Shown: one piece after another, positions 26,186 to 35,199 of the stretch
Position numbering within the stretch: the stretch's first letter is position 1
Layout of the letters: the number at the start of each line of letters is the position of its first letter
NCBI GenBank assembly: GCA_029786595.1
Contig: JAFLXO010000003.1
Span: 4,990-68,989 of the forward strand
Direction: 5' to 3'
DNA: 64,000 nucleotides
Source of the DNA: Nitrososphaerota archaeon
Lineage (GTDB): Archaea > Thermoproteota > Nitrososphaeria > Conexivisphaerales > UBA164
The notes under the pieces: model-generated
The model's input: the letters and a program-made list of their open reading frames with translations, nothing else
Databases searched by the model: none
Told to the model about the DNA's origin: nothing
Translations under genes and position numbers: made by a program

Positions 26186-27145
26186 CTACTTCAGTTTTAA
26201 GGAAAGTTCTGTTATGACAGTCTGGACGGCCTTTACAGGTATCTTCGCTCCTGCTGCCAGCCTATGACCGCCGCCCCTTCCCCCTACCCGCCGTGCCACT
26301 TCACCGATGAAGTCACCCAGATGGACAGGGCATGAACTGACCCCCCTTAGGCTCATCGCGGTGTTGCCGCGGCGCTTCTGTTCATAGGCGATGCCTACTA
26401 TGACGCCTGGACGCCCCAGGGTCATCTTTGCACCCGCTGGGATGTTATTGCCTCTAGGCATGTTTACGCTCGCGATGTTCCCCGTTATTCTGGCATGTTG
26501 CTCTACATATCTGCTCAGCTTTATGTCTTTCCTGAGGGTGGCGGTAGCGTTGCGGACGACTGATTTTATCTCATGCGGATACTTTCCTCTGGCAAGTTCA
26601 CGGACCATGTACTTGCGATATCGCATAGTACGGCCTTGTGCTACTGCAGAAGATAACAGGGTAGACTCTAACAGGGCAAAATGTCTGTGGACCCTGTCAA
26701 TGAGATAAGATGCCTTGGGGCCGCTGTCCATATAATCTGTTACTGCACCATAAATGGGCAGGTAATAACACGGAGCCCCAGCTGGTTCGAGGGTAAAATA
26801 TGTCAATACGCTGGCCGATTCGACTGGGTCGTGTATAACTTTCACCCCGATATGTTTCAAGAGGGCGATTTGGTCAGGGTTTAACGGGTGGTGGTCGATA
26901 TATGTTATCGACATCTGTTTCTTGAGGTCCCTTAGCTTCATGATGAGCTCTTGAAAGACGCTCGACGCTCCAAGATCGCAGATTATGAGGCTGGTTGTGT
27001 CTGACGGGACCTTTGATAGTGACCTGATGAACGTGTTATAATCGACCAGCTTAAACGTAGCTCCCGGGTTTGCTGCGAGCGCTATCGCTGCTGAGGATAT
27101 GCCGTCCACATCTTCAGCGTGAGAAATAATGTATGTTCTTGACAA
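26186..27145 (-). CDS. DHH/DHHA1 family phosphoesterase (NrnA/RecJ-like)
   Basis: Motifs are ISHAEDVDGISS, ICDLG and YIDHHP (DHH), with C-terminal GGRGGGHRLAAGAKI (DHHA1 GGGH). Confidence 0.75.
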   Translation of the reverse strand: MSRTYIISHAEDVDGISSAAIALAANPGATFKLVDYNTFIRSLSKVPSDTTSLIICDLGASSVFQELIMKLRDLKKQMSITYIDHHPLNPDQIALLKHIGVKVIHDPVESASVLTYFTLEPAGAPCYYLPIYGAVTDYMDSGPKASYLIDRVHRHFALLESTLLSSAVAQGRTMRYRKYMVRELARGKYPHEIKSVVRNATATLRKDIKLSRYVEQHARITGNIASVNMPRGNNIPAGAKMTLGRPGVIVGIAYEQKRRGNTAMSLRGVSSCPVHLGDFIGEVARRVGGRGGGHRLAAGAKIPVKAVQTVITELSLKLK

Positions 27146-27188
27146 ATAAGGTTCCTCCTTGTATATCTAGGACCGTGACTTATGCGCA

Positions 27189-27920
27189 TTACCAGGCAGT
27201 CGGGTTGTTTTTAGCGCTTCCGCCCCAATAATTTCGATCCTGGTTAAGACTGTCTCCGAGTGCCTCGAGTTTTGGTTCTTCATCTTCAATAAACTGGGCG
27301 ATATCTTCAAGAATCGCGACCATCATATCGCCCAGTTTGTTGTACTCTATTTCGTCGCCCTCTGATTCTGCTGCAGACATCTTGCTCTTTACAGCACTAA
27401 ACTGAGATTCTAATTCTTGGGCCTTTATTGGATCATACTCCTTGAGTGCTGCTATTGCATCTTCAGCGAGTTCGAACATTTTCTGCCCCGCGGCCATAAG
27501 ATCAGCGTCTGTAGTGATCGATTCGTCGAAGTTTTCGAACCAGGTTGCCAGTGCTTCAGCTTTATTACAGAGGGTCATGTATGCGTTAAACTTCTTTGTT
27601 ATATTGAGAACATTGCCTAAATCTCCCTGCGTTTGTTCAAGAAGAGATCCTTCTAGGGCAGTTATTCCGGGTTCTCGTCTCACCTTCTCAAGGACTGCCG
27701 CTTCCAGCTTATCAGGAGGAAGCTGCGCCATCGCCTCGTCGAAAGCAGCGGTTAGTTTGTCTATGTCGAGCGCCTTGCCCTCAATAGCGCTGTCCAGCTT
27801 CGAGTATTCAACCGCCAGGTCCTTAATGCCAGTTAAAGCGGAAGTCAGTTTAGCCGCTCGTTCCTTAGCTTCTTTCTCAACAGCATCATTTGAAGTATCA
27901 GACATCTTTTCAACCTCCAA
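27189..27920 (-). CDS. acidic, predicted helical/coiled-coil protein
   Basis: 243 aa, rich in Glu/Asp/Ala/Lys, with heptad-like stretches. Confidence 0.55.
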   Translation of the reverse strand: MEVEKMSDTSNDAVEKEAKERAAKLTSALTGIKDLAVEYSKLDSAIEGKALDIDKLTAAFDEAMAQLPPDKLEAAVLEKVRREPGITALEGSLLEQTQGDLGNVLNITKKFNAYMTLCNKAEALATWFENFDESITTDADLMAAGQKMFELAEDAIAALKEYDPIKAQELESQFSAVKSKMSAAESEGDEIEYNKLGDMMVAILEDIAQFIEDEEPKLEALGDSLNQDRNYWGGSAKNNPTAW

Positions 27921-27941
27921 TTAACAACCACTTTATAAACT

Positions 27942-28361
27942 TTATGCATGATACCTTGTCGTCATTCTAGACCGATTCATGGTTTTATTTCCTCTCGCAG
28001 GCCAATCAGTAAACAAGGCCTTCATTGCTTCGCTTACGCGCCTCGCCGGCCTCTCTGTCCGCCAGACAAAAATGCCAGCTGCCACCCATAGGATGACCTG
28101 CCCTGCTATGAGCGAAGGCACCAGGCTTATCCGCAGCTGGCTGTACGTTAGTAACATCGAAATTACAAGCCCAACGCCGATAAACCAGAAAAAGGAGCTC
28201 TCTTTGCGGTTAAACCGCCCAGTCAGGAATTGGAGGAATCCTACAACTCCAAAGGCGGCTAACAGGAAGTATCCAGCGTACGCCGATATCGCTGTGAATA
28301 TTAGAAATCCGATTATGCCTATTTCTGACGGTATCCCGCTTTCTGTTTTTGTCCACTTCAT
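27942..28361 (-). CDS. membrane protein (about 4 hydrophobic segments)
   Basis: 139-aa hydrophobic ORF. Confidence 0.55.
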   Translation of the reverse strand: MKWTKTESGIPSEIGIIGFLIFTAISAYAGYFLLAAFGVVGFLQFLTGRFNRKESSFFWFIGVGLVISMLLTYSQLRISLVPSLIAGQVILWVAAGIFVWRTERPARRVSEAMKALFTDWPARGNKTMNRSRMTTRYHA

Positions 28362-28496
28362 TTAAGTTCACCCCGTTTCTACGAAACGCTTGTTCGTTTT
28401 ATAGCAGTTAAAGCAACCCATCATCTACTTGTCCCTTCTGGTATATTTAAAATGAGTCCTTATCGTGGGCAACTATATTTGGTATCTGGGCTACTT

Positions 28497-28991
28497 TCAA
28501 TCTAGGGCCATATGGGCCAACAATTCATGGTAGATAGCCTCTGCTTCAACTGCTTCTTCTACGAGGCCTTTTTTGCGGAGCCTTCCAATGAAGTCGTTTG
28601 CGTGTTCAAGCCGGGTGTCGTATTTGTCAATGTCCACTGTGGTTATTTCGCTTATTGGGGCTCCGTTTTTATACCTGAATGACGCGGTGTCTTCCACGTC
28701 TTCACCAGAATAGTCAAACGTTATCGTGCAGTTTTCTTCCTGTGAAAACTTTCTGATATCCAGCCAGGTTTTTGATTTGGTCCCCAGGTATGGTTCCCAG
28801 TCATAAATATCATTCCCATAGATGTCAAAGGTTATTGTTATGTCGTTGCCACATTTTATATCTGGCTTTTCTGCCTGGCCTCCAACCGCCCTTTCAACCC
28901 CCCGTGTAACATGGTTAAGGAATGATTTGTAGGCTTTTGGCGACTCGTATGGCTTTTCAAATGTTATTATGACAGCTTGGTAATATCCCAT
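28497..28991 (-). CDS. hypothetical protein
   Basis: 164-aa ORF. Confidence 0.55.
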   Translation of the reverse strand: MGYYQAVIITFEKPYESPKAYKSFLNHVTRGVERAVGGQAEKPDIKCGNDITITFDIYGNDIYDWEPYLGTKSKTWLDIRKFSQEENCTITFDYSGEDVEDTASFRYKNGAPISEITTVDIDKYDTRLEHANDFIGRLRKKGLVEEAVEAEAIYHELLAHMALD

Positions 28992-29001
28992 GTCTAAATC
29001 A

Positions 29002-29163
29002 CTAAGTGACAGCGATCATAAACATGAATCCAACGAACATGGTCGACAGGACCCCAAAAACCGGCTGGGACGACATGCTCCCAACAGCCCCTAAGAAAGC
29101 TCCAAGGCCGGTAGTCGTGACGACTGCGACCTTCTCATTACGGGTGAATGGGTTCATTATCAT
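29002..29163 (-). CDS. small membrane protein (53 aa)
   Basis: Hand-translated: MIMNPFTRNEKVAVVTTTGLGAFLGAVGSMSSQPVFGVLSTMFVGFMFMIAVT, with GGAGG upstream. I prefer it over the plus-strand track ORF 29006..29197 because of strand context and hydrophobicity. Confidence 0.4.
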   Translation of the reverse strand: MIMNPFTRNEKVAVVTTTGLGAFLGAVGSMSSQPVFGVLSTMFVGFMFMIAVT

Positions 29164-29193
29164 AACCTCCTCTTGTCGTTATTTAAACGTGTA

Positions 29194-29586
29194 CTAAGGC
29201 GTCCTTCTTATTACTTGCGTCACTTCGATATCTTGGCTGGTATACGATATTTTGCTATTGGTGGCTTCTGCTTCAATATACCAGTCTCGCTCTTCTTTAG
29301 TGAGGAAAGACACCACGTTCATCGCTTCACAGGCGCCGCATTCATGAACTGCTTGATAGATCCTCTGGTCTGTATACTGTATCCACGCGCTGCCTGGTCC
29401 GACCCCGACGTGCCGGTACTTGAAATTACTTGTCCTATTTAACTCGTTTTGTATTTTTACCAACTCGTCGCGGTCTTTAATATACTGCGCCGCCTGTTCA
29501 TTCGTAAGCTTGTATATATCGATGAACACCTTTGGCTCTAACTGCTCGATTTGTTCCATCAGTTTACGTTCTTCTTCAGTAATCAT
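29194..29586 (-). CDS. hypothetical protein
   Basis: 130-aa ORF. Confidence 0.55.
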   Translation of the reverse strand: MITEEERKLMEQIEQLEPKVFIDIYKLTNEQAAQYIKDRDELVKIQNELNRTSNFKYRHVGVGPGSAWIQYTDQRIYQAVHECGACEAMNVVSFLTKEERDWYIEAEATNSKISYTSQDIEVTQVIRRTP

Positions 29587-29680
29587 AATTTAAACCTCCT
29601 GAGGTCAACCAACAGTGCCAGCATGATGTCTTCGCTGGCCGGTTTAAGCGGTGTTATATCTGCGCGGGTTTACCGGCTTG

Positions 29681-30076
29681 CTATAACAGCGTAATGTTCC
29701 CTTGGTAGACTACGCGCCCGCCTTCGGAAACAACTGCCTTGAGTGTTGAAGGGACAGGTGACAGTGTGAGCAGCGTGAACGGGAGGGCGTGCGCCACAGA
29801 GACTTCACCTGATGCCAAGACGATAGATTCATTAGTTATACTGTATGTATAGTTTCTAATCCCGGGGCCCGTATAGTTGATGCTAAGGTAGACATTGGGC
29901 GGAGTGTAGTTTGGTAAATACGCGCTAGGAGCAGGCCAGTATATTCCGAATGAAACCTCTTGGTTCGGGCCCTGAAGCGACATGTTATATGTGGCCACGA
30001 TGAGTACGATGACCCCGGCTACAGCGGCCATAGGAAGAAGCTTCCTTCTTATTACAGCCTTACCTGATAGCGTCAA
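29681..30076 (-). CDS. secreted/membrane-anchored protein (N-terminal signal-anchor)
   Basis: 131 aa. An N-terminal hydrophobic segment (LLPMAAVAGVIVLIVATY) is followed by an Asn/Tyr/Pro-rich beta-type body. It overlaps 30073..30582 by 4 nt. Confidence 0.55.
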   Translation of the reverse strand: MTLSGKAVIRRKLLPMAAVAGVIVLIVATYNMSLQGPNQEVSFGIYWPAPSAYLPNYTPPNVYLSINYTGPGIRNYTYSITNESIVLASGEVSVAHALPFTLLTLSPVPSTLKAVVSEGGRVVYQGNITLL

Positions 30077-30582
30077 ACAGACCCCCTCCTCCTTAGCGCA
30101 ATGTAGATGAAAACCATTGGGATGATGAAGATCATTGCTCCGGACGGGAGGTCTGGGACTGCCGCGGTTACAGTAAAGGTTGAGGTGCTAAGAACTGTCG
30201 AGCACGATGTGTCTGAACATATTTTCAAGGTCCAGGTGCCCGTCGGGTCTGAATTGGTAATCGTGTAACCAGTAGAGTCGCAAACCGACTTCGCGTCCCC
30301 TGTCGCCTTGACCCCATTACTTATCAGGGCAGGTGTCCCGGCGGGATAGTAGTAACCCAGGTAGTAAGTGTGTCCGTTGCTTAACCCCGCACCATAGCCA
30401 TAGACGGTTTGCCCCTGTGTAAAGGACGTAGTTGACGGGGAAGCGCAGGAGCTGTTGTTGTATGCGCCGGGTGTCTGAGCGAACACTGCTGGTGAGCCGA
30501 GTAGCGAGAGAATTATTGTCCCAAACACTATAATAATGACTCGGCGGTTGATAGAGCCTATCGTTTTTGTCTTTCTGTCCAA
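30073..30582 (-). CDS. secreted Ser/Thr/Gly-rich protein with C-terminal transmembrane anchor
   Basis: 169 aa with a TTG start after GAGGTG. It has an N-terminal signal-like segment and a C-terminal AVPDLPSGAMIFIIPMVFIYIALRRRGSV (hydrophobic helix plus basic tail). Confidence 0.55.
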   Translation of the reverse strand: MDRKTKTIGSINRRVIIIVFGTIILSLLGSPAVFAQTPGAYNNSSCASPSTTSFTQGQTVYGYGAGLSNGHTYYLGYYYPAGTPALISNGVKATGDAKSVCDSTGYTITNSDPTGTWTLKICSDTSCSTVLSTSTFTVTAAVPDLPSGAMIFIIPMVFIYIALRRRGSV

Positions 30583-30677
30583 TGTGTTACTTCACCTCTT
30601 TTGCCTAAATTACTAATCCAGCGCAGAAAGTCTACTGCTTAATCGTTGGTAACCCACCTATGATAGCCTCAATTGTC

Positions 30678-30962
30678 TCAGTTAAGCTTGTCTGCTAATA
30701 CCGGGACCAACAGGACAATCGTGGCATATGCATGCGCTGTCGTCGGGGCGTAATCAATTTTATGAAGCAGCTCGTTATATGTCTTTTCTGCATCGAATTC
30801 CTTATATGCGTCCAAAAACTCAGCTTTATGGGTCTTCCATAGCCGGCTCTTCTTGCACGTTTCGGCTAATTCCATAATTTCAGGTTTCGCTTCAAACAGA
30901 GATTTTGTTTCAAGTATCTCGAACAGTTTTGCAGCCTGTCGTCCGATTTGGTCTTTTGTCAT
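30678..30962 (-). CDS. hypothetical protein
   Basis: 94-aa ORF. Confidence 0.5.
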   Translation of the reverse strand: MTKDQIGRQAAKLFEILETKSLFEAKPEIMELAETCKKSRLWKTHKAEFLDAYKEFDAEKTYNELLHKIDYAPTTAHAYATIVLLVPVLADKLN

Positions 30963-30973
30963 TTAATCACCCT

Positions 30974-31222
30974 CTAAACGAGATCTGACTGGGCCAGACT
31001 GTCGACTATGTTAGGGCCTCTGAGTTCTGGGATTGTGGTGCCAATGCCAGATGAAACCCCTGGGTACTTCGTGTAATACGCGGTTATATGGCCCATGGAA
31101 GCTCCCCATGTCATTTCAATTGTAAACTCGCCGCATCTTATTATAGTATACAGGATAACAATGTTTCCATGCGGCGCGCTGATATCGACCATGAACCCGC
31201 CGGCCCATATGTTCTTCTTCAT
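30974..31222 (-). CDS. hypothetical protein
   Basis: 82-aa ORF. Confidence 0.45.
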   Translation of the reverse strand: MKKNIWAGGFMVDISAPHGNIVILYTIIRCGEFTIEMTWGASMGHITAYYTKYPGVSSGIGTTIPELRGPNIVDSLAQSDLV

Positions 31223-31599
31223 ATCCCTTTACCTGGCGGTGTGTTGTCAGAACGGCCGTTGGTTGTAAGGTCTGCCCCTCTCCTTAACGACAGCCAAGAA
31301 GGCAGCGCTTCGATGTCATGTCTGATCCTATCTGGGAATGGGATTTTCCTGCAACTCTGGCTTTGGCATACCGAACCGACCAGGTAGAAACGGGAGCATC
31401 TTGAGCATGTCACGTAATAGCTAAGGGTCTCGGGATTGAATTTTAATATACGGACCCGGCCGTATGATTCTATCCCCCTGTTCCTCTTTGCTGCACTGCA
31501 GGCAGGGCACGTCAGCTCTCCCCCGGGTCCAGCAAACACGGTAGAATCTGGATAAAACTCCCCACGCCAACCGCAGCCTAAACATACTTCTTGAAGCAT
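31219..31599 (-). CDS. zinc-ribbon protein
   Basis: 126 aa with CLGCGW...CPACS and CSRCS...CQSQSC. Confidence 0.5.
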   Translation of the reverse strand: MLQEVCLGCGWRGEFYPDSTVFAGPGGELTCPACSAAKRNRGIESYGRVRILKFNPETLSYYVTCSRCSRFYLVGSVCQSQSCRKIPFPDRIRHDIEALPSWLSLRRGADLTTNGRSDNTPPGKGI

Positions 31600-31659
31600 C
31601 TGACCACCTACTTGTCATATTTTAATGTCTCTACTTAGGATACTCAAATACCCCTGACA

Positions 31660-32544
31660 CTACTTGCTGTCTCGCGCTCCGACAACTTTAGTGTTGAGAA
31701 GGGTGCCTGGTCTGAGGGTATCGTTATACAGCCGGAACATGTCACGGGGAATCGCGACCCTGTGTTCTGCGGCTTCAAGATGGAGGTGCTTCGCAATGAC
31801 CGGCATGGCTATCTTTGTATCTAACCAGCCTGACTTACCGTGCGCGGCGATTACTTCGTCGTAGGCATGCTGGAGAGACCGGGTTATACGTTCCATGTCC
31901 ATCATAGGCAACGCCGGACCAGCCGGTTTGTCCTTTATAGGGACTTTCGAGACGTCAATTACAACCCGCTGCTTGAACATCACCGTCTTGGGGTCGCCGT
32001 ATGTCTTGCAGACCACCCCCTCATAATGGTTTTCATTGCACCAGGTCATCATCTCAGAGAGCATGGTCCCTATCTCATCTATGGAGTTCGGCGTAAACCT
32101 TCTGAGGCACTGGACAAGACGTATCTTGTATGCACTTGACAGGGACGTTAGTTTGTCATAGTCGAACCAACGGTATGTATTGCCGTCTATTATGTCAAAG
32201 AGGTGCCATTCTGGGACCGTTTTGACTTCTAGCTCTATCTTTGTAGGCCCACGGCCAGAAAGGAGCTCCCCGAACGCGTTTACACCTGGGTAGTCTTTAA
32301 GCAACCCAACGATCCCGGCGTAATCCTGGCTGGCCTTCATCCGCTTTTCGATGTCTTCTGGAGCGCGGGCCTGATGGTGGCTGCCTATGCATGGGACCCC
32401 GTTGTCCGTGTAATTAGAAACGTTCGAGCCGTCTCTTTTAACGGTCACTACCATTTCTCTGCCTATCAGCAACTCTTTATATTCTACCCGTCTCAAGCTC
32501 TCTAAGTCCGGATACTTTATGAACGGCATGTCATCCACCTCCAT
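31660..32544 (-). CDS. ATP-dependent RNA ligase-like nucleotidyltransferase
   Basis: Ordered motifs are present: I VKRDGSN, III AFGELL, IIIa HLFDII, IV EGVVCKT, V VMFKQRV. Confidence 0.6.
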   Translation of the reverse strand: MEVDDMPFIKYPDLESLRRVEYKELLIGREMVVTVKRDGSNVSNYTDNGVPCIGSHHQARAPEDIEKRMKASQDYAGIVGLLKDYPGVNAFGELLSGRGPTKIELEVKTVPEWHLFDIIDGNTYRWFDYDKLTSLSSAYKIRLVQCLRRFTPNSIDEIGTMLSEMMTWCNENHYEGVVCKTYGDPKTVMFKQRVVIDVSKVPIKDKPAGPALPMMDMERITRSLQHAYDEVIAAHGKSGWLDTKIAMPVIAKHLHLEAAEHRVAIPRDMFRLYNDTLRPGTLLNTKVVGARDSK

Positions 32545-32594
32545 TGAATGTATTTAACCCTGTCTGTCAGGCGTCTCTTCAGCCAGCCCGCCCT

Positions 32595-32846
32595 CTATCG
32601 GTCTTTGACCTCATATGTGGCTTGCTTTACCACAGGCAGTGAAAGCATGTCTTGTTTTGAGGTGACAAATGTCAGGACACCGTTCTGGATCACCCTGGCT
32701 ATCCTACCTTCTGGGATGATATCTGCGACAGCCCAGAAGGCATCGAACGGCACCTCGACAAGATGGTCTCTGTCCCGGAATTGCACCACAGTACCCCCAC
32801 CAGTCCAGTGGGCCTTTTCTATGGCGGTCCGGAGTGCACCTTTCAT
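32595..32846 (-). CDS. hypothetical protein
   Basis: 83-aa ORF. Confidence 0.5.
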   Translation of the reverse strand: MKGALRTAIEKAHWTGGGTVVQFRDRDHLVEVPFDAFWAVADIIPEGRIARVIQNGVLTFVTSKQDMLSLPVVKQATYEVKDR

Positions 32847-33004
32847 AGCGGTAGCGCCTTGGCGGCCATGATTATCGCTTTCGCCTGGGATTTCATAGCC
32901 CCGTGTATTGTTATATCAAACGTCGTCCCGTCCTCTGAGCTTACGTCGATCCAGCCGATACCTTGCCGAATTTCTTCACAAGCACGCTGTATTTCTTGGT
33001 TCAA
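32843..33004 (-). CDS. possible 53-aa protein
   Basis: Hand-translated from a TTG at 33004 preceded by GGAGGAGG: (M)NQEIQRACEEIRQGIGWIDVSSEDGTTFDITIHGAMKSQAKAIIMAAKALPL. Its stop forms an ATGA overlap with the start of 32595..32846. Confidence 0.35.
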   Translation of the reverse strand: MNQEIQRACEEIRQGIGWIDVSSEDGTTFDITIHGAMKSQAKAIIMAAKALPL

Positions 33005-33045
33005 TAATTCCTCCTCCTATGTCTTGCCAATCAACCCCACTGAGA

Positions 33046-33825
33046 TTACGACAGGGCCTGAATTGCTTCTATTGGTATGTCCTTTTTAATCGCCGTTATG
33101 ACACCAGTTTTGTACTGGGGTGTTATCAGTTGGATGGATTTCTGTACTATTACCGGGTTATTCCGTCTTATGACAACGGCGTGACCGTCAGCATAACTCA
33201 AGTCCATGGTCTTAAAGTCCTTGCCGTTTATCTTGACGTAGTCTTCAATGATGTCGTATTTGTTGTTTAAATCCGACACAACGCTGGCGACTGGATTGCT
33301 TTTTATCTTAAGGAGCGTATAAGGAGACAGAATATTGATTAAATACTGGATGTTGATAGCCTTGGTTTTTATGCTTAAAAGATACGCTATCTGGTTGAAT
33401 GGCGGGACTCTCGTTGGGTTTATGGTCAGCGTCCCTGAGTTGAACGGGATTGATATGGCGTAGCCAGATGTCCCGGTCGTGGTAGCATGTAAGCCTAACT
33501 GGTCGAGCTCCTTCTTGGCCTTGATATATGTGTCAACCATCTCATTAATACCCTGTTCATCGTCTAACCCTAACTTTACCTCAAGTTCATGATAACTACG
33601 GGCGGTCAGACTTTCATCTAACATATACAGCAGCAGGTTGGCAGTAAATTCAGAAACTTCATATGTCTGGATGGCGTGCTTAGTGTTGACGGTGTTGACC
33701 AACGTGCCATTTTGCGCGAGGATCATCAAAGCCCGCATGTCCAAAGGAGACAATGACAACGTGATAAGAGGCTCTTTACCGATCTTCAATGATGGGCGGT
33801 TGTTAAAATTTAATACTACTTTCAT
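33046..33825 (-). CDS. AL-tail paralog family member (subtype F)
   Basis: 259 aa, clearly paralogous to 40614..41390 (VVLNFNNRPSLKIG..MRALMILAQNGTLVNT..IQTYEVSEFTANLLLYMLD). Tail is ITAIKKDIPIEAIQALS. Confidence 0.75.
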   Translation of the reverse strand: MKVVLNFNNRPSLKIGKEPLITLSLSPLDMRALMILAQNGTLVNTVNTKHAIQTYEVSEFTANLLLYMLDESLTARSYHELEVKLGLDDEQGINEMVDTYIKAKKELDQLGLHATTTGTSGYAISIPFNSGTLTINPTRVPPFNQIAYLLSIKTKAINIQYLINILSPYTLLKIKSNPVASVVSDLNNKYDIIEDYVKINGKDFKTMDLSYADGHAVVIRRNNPVIVQKSIQLITPQYKTGVITAIKKDIPIEAIQALS

Positions 33826-34367
33826 CCTTCCACCTTACTAGGGTCCGATAAAGCGCTAGCAACCTCAAACGGAATGTTATGTCTCAATGACGTCCTTACC
33901 ACCTCTGCTGTTGATTCGCAAACAACCGTCGGAGTCGTGTTATCTAGTATAATGGTGTCGTTTATGATACGTTTAGCGTGCTGCTGGGGCGTGATACTAT
34001 ATAGAGCTTTCGGATCACAGACCAAGTCAACGAGCCCTTCATGCGGCGGATACAATACTCTAAATAGGTGCATGTAAGAGTGCAACATCATCTGAGTAAC
34101 CTCGATTTTCAGGACGCCATTGAACGTGATATCGAACCGGTTTGAGGGCAGGGGGTGTATACTCTTGGAGTGTTTATACTCATTAATGTTAAGAAACGTA
34201 AAAGTGCCGTCAGATGTTGTAACCGTCACATTTTTCCTTGCAAATATATCACCAATCGCTGTTTTGATCACTTTGATTTCATCGGTGATAGGGCCTAATA
34301 TGGATTGAATCTTCTCCGGGATGTCGAAATTGTCATATAATACCTTCGATATTTTTGCCGTGACCAC
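33822..34367 (-). pseudogene. C-terminal fragment of a disrupted AL-tail family gene (subtype G, homolog of 41402..42196)
   Basis: VVTAKISKVLYDNFDIPEKIQ..FTFLNINEYKH..LKIEVTQ..LYPPHEGLVDL.. aligns with residues from about 95 to the end of 41402..42196. Tail is LRHNIPFEVASALSDPSKVEG. Only a GTG start is available, so it may still be expressed as a truncated protein. Confidence 0.6.
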
Positions 34368-34614
34368 AGGGTCCTGTGGTGGCGGGCTCTGCTCATGCGA
34401 GAATCAAAAACGGGGGCGGCCATCAGTCCCACTTCATCTCGTGCCTTGCTTCTTGGTAGGCCTGATGCTCCGCGAACTCTTCCGCGTCCATCTCGAACCG
34501 CATCTGTTCGGTGGTCATGCATCCATAGCCATCCATGGCGGGTTATATACGCCTTCCCTCTATCGCCATCCATAGACGTATGGTTAAATACTGGGGCTGT
34601 CGGTAGGATGTCCG

Positions 34615-34758
34615 ATGATGAAGAAATACACGGTCGCGATAACGGAGGAGTTGGAGTGGAGGCTCGAAGCGGAGCGGAAGAGGAGAGCGTTGGACTCCAT
34701 ACCTGAAGTGATGCGAACAATCGTAAGCGAGGCGCTCTCAAAATCTCAGCCCCAGTAG
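34615..34758 (+). CDS. ribbon-helix-helix (CopG/Arc-like) protein, 47 aa
   Basis: Hand-translated: MMKKYTVAITEELEWRLEAERKRRALDSIPEVMRTIVSEALSKSQPQ. It shows a beta strand followed by two helices, typical of RHH regulators and antitoxins. It lies inside the insertion and is below the track cutoff. Confidence 0.5.
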   Translation: MMKKYTVAITEELEWRLEAERKRRALDSIPEVMRTIVSEALSKSQPQ

Positions 34759-34818
34759 TCTCAAAAGGGTTCCAATAGGGATGGCAACCGCAGAAACGGT
34801 AAACAGCATGAAGATAAG

Positions 34819-35199
34819 ATGGGTGTAGTGGTCTTGCAACAGATACCACGCCCGTTTGATTCGGATGAACTGGAAGAGGAAGAAACCAAAGCCATCCTCG
34901 TCCTCGGTATTCTCGCCTCCATCGCCGTCGGTTTTCAGTTGGACTCGGCGCACTCCTTCCCTTTCATTGACCACCTCGGAGCGCCGCCCGTCTGGGTGAG
35001 GGTCTTCGAAATTCTCGGGCTGGTGACGATTGTCTATTTCTTCGTGCTTTACCTTGGTTTCTTGACGTTGACCCTCGCATTCAGGCCAAAAGGGAAGTGG
35101 CTTCGCCGAATGAAGTTTTGGAGCGGGTTCTGTTTCAAAGTGGGTGCGATTGGCCTCGCCCTTGGACTTTGCGCCTACGCTCTCCGAGTCTTTCTCTAA
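34819..35199 (+). CDS. membrane protein (about 3 hydrophobic segments) inside the insertion
   Basis: 126-aa track ORF directly downstream of the RHH ORF, with segments AILVLGILASIAVGF, ILGLVTIVYFFVLYLGFLTLTLAF and VGAIGLALGLCAYAL. Long spurious ORFs are likely in G+C-rich DNA, so this call is uncertain. Confidence 0.4.
   Translation: MGVVVLQQIPRPFDSDELEEEETKAILVLGILASIAVGFQLDSAHSFPFIDHLGAPPVWVRVFEILGLVTIVYFFVLYLGFLTLTLAFRPKGKWLRRMKFWSGFCFKVGAIGLALGLCAYALRVFL

Noticed and set aside
29006-29197. Plus-strand 63-aa ORF
   Set aside because: The minus strand of the same interval encodes a hydrophobic 53-aa ORF with a GGAGG motif. That fits the strand polarity of the locus.
31421-31618. Alternative-frame minus-strand ORFs inside longer genes (also 45746..46048, 62799..62990, 34295..34849)
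   Set aside because: They are nested out of frame within ORFs that carry clear motifs or better coding character.
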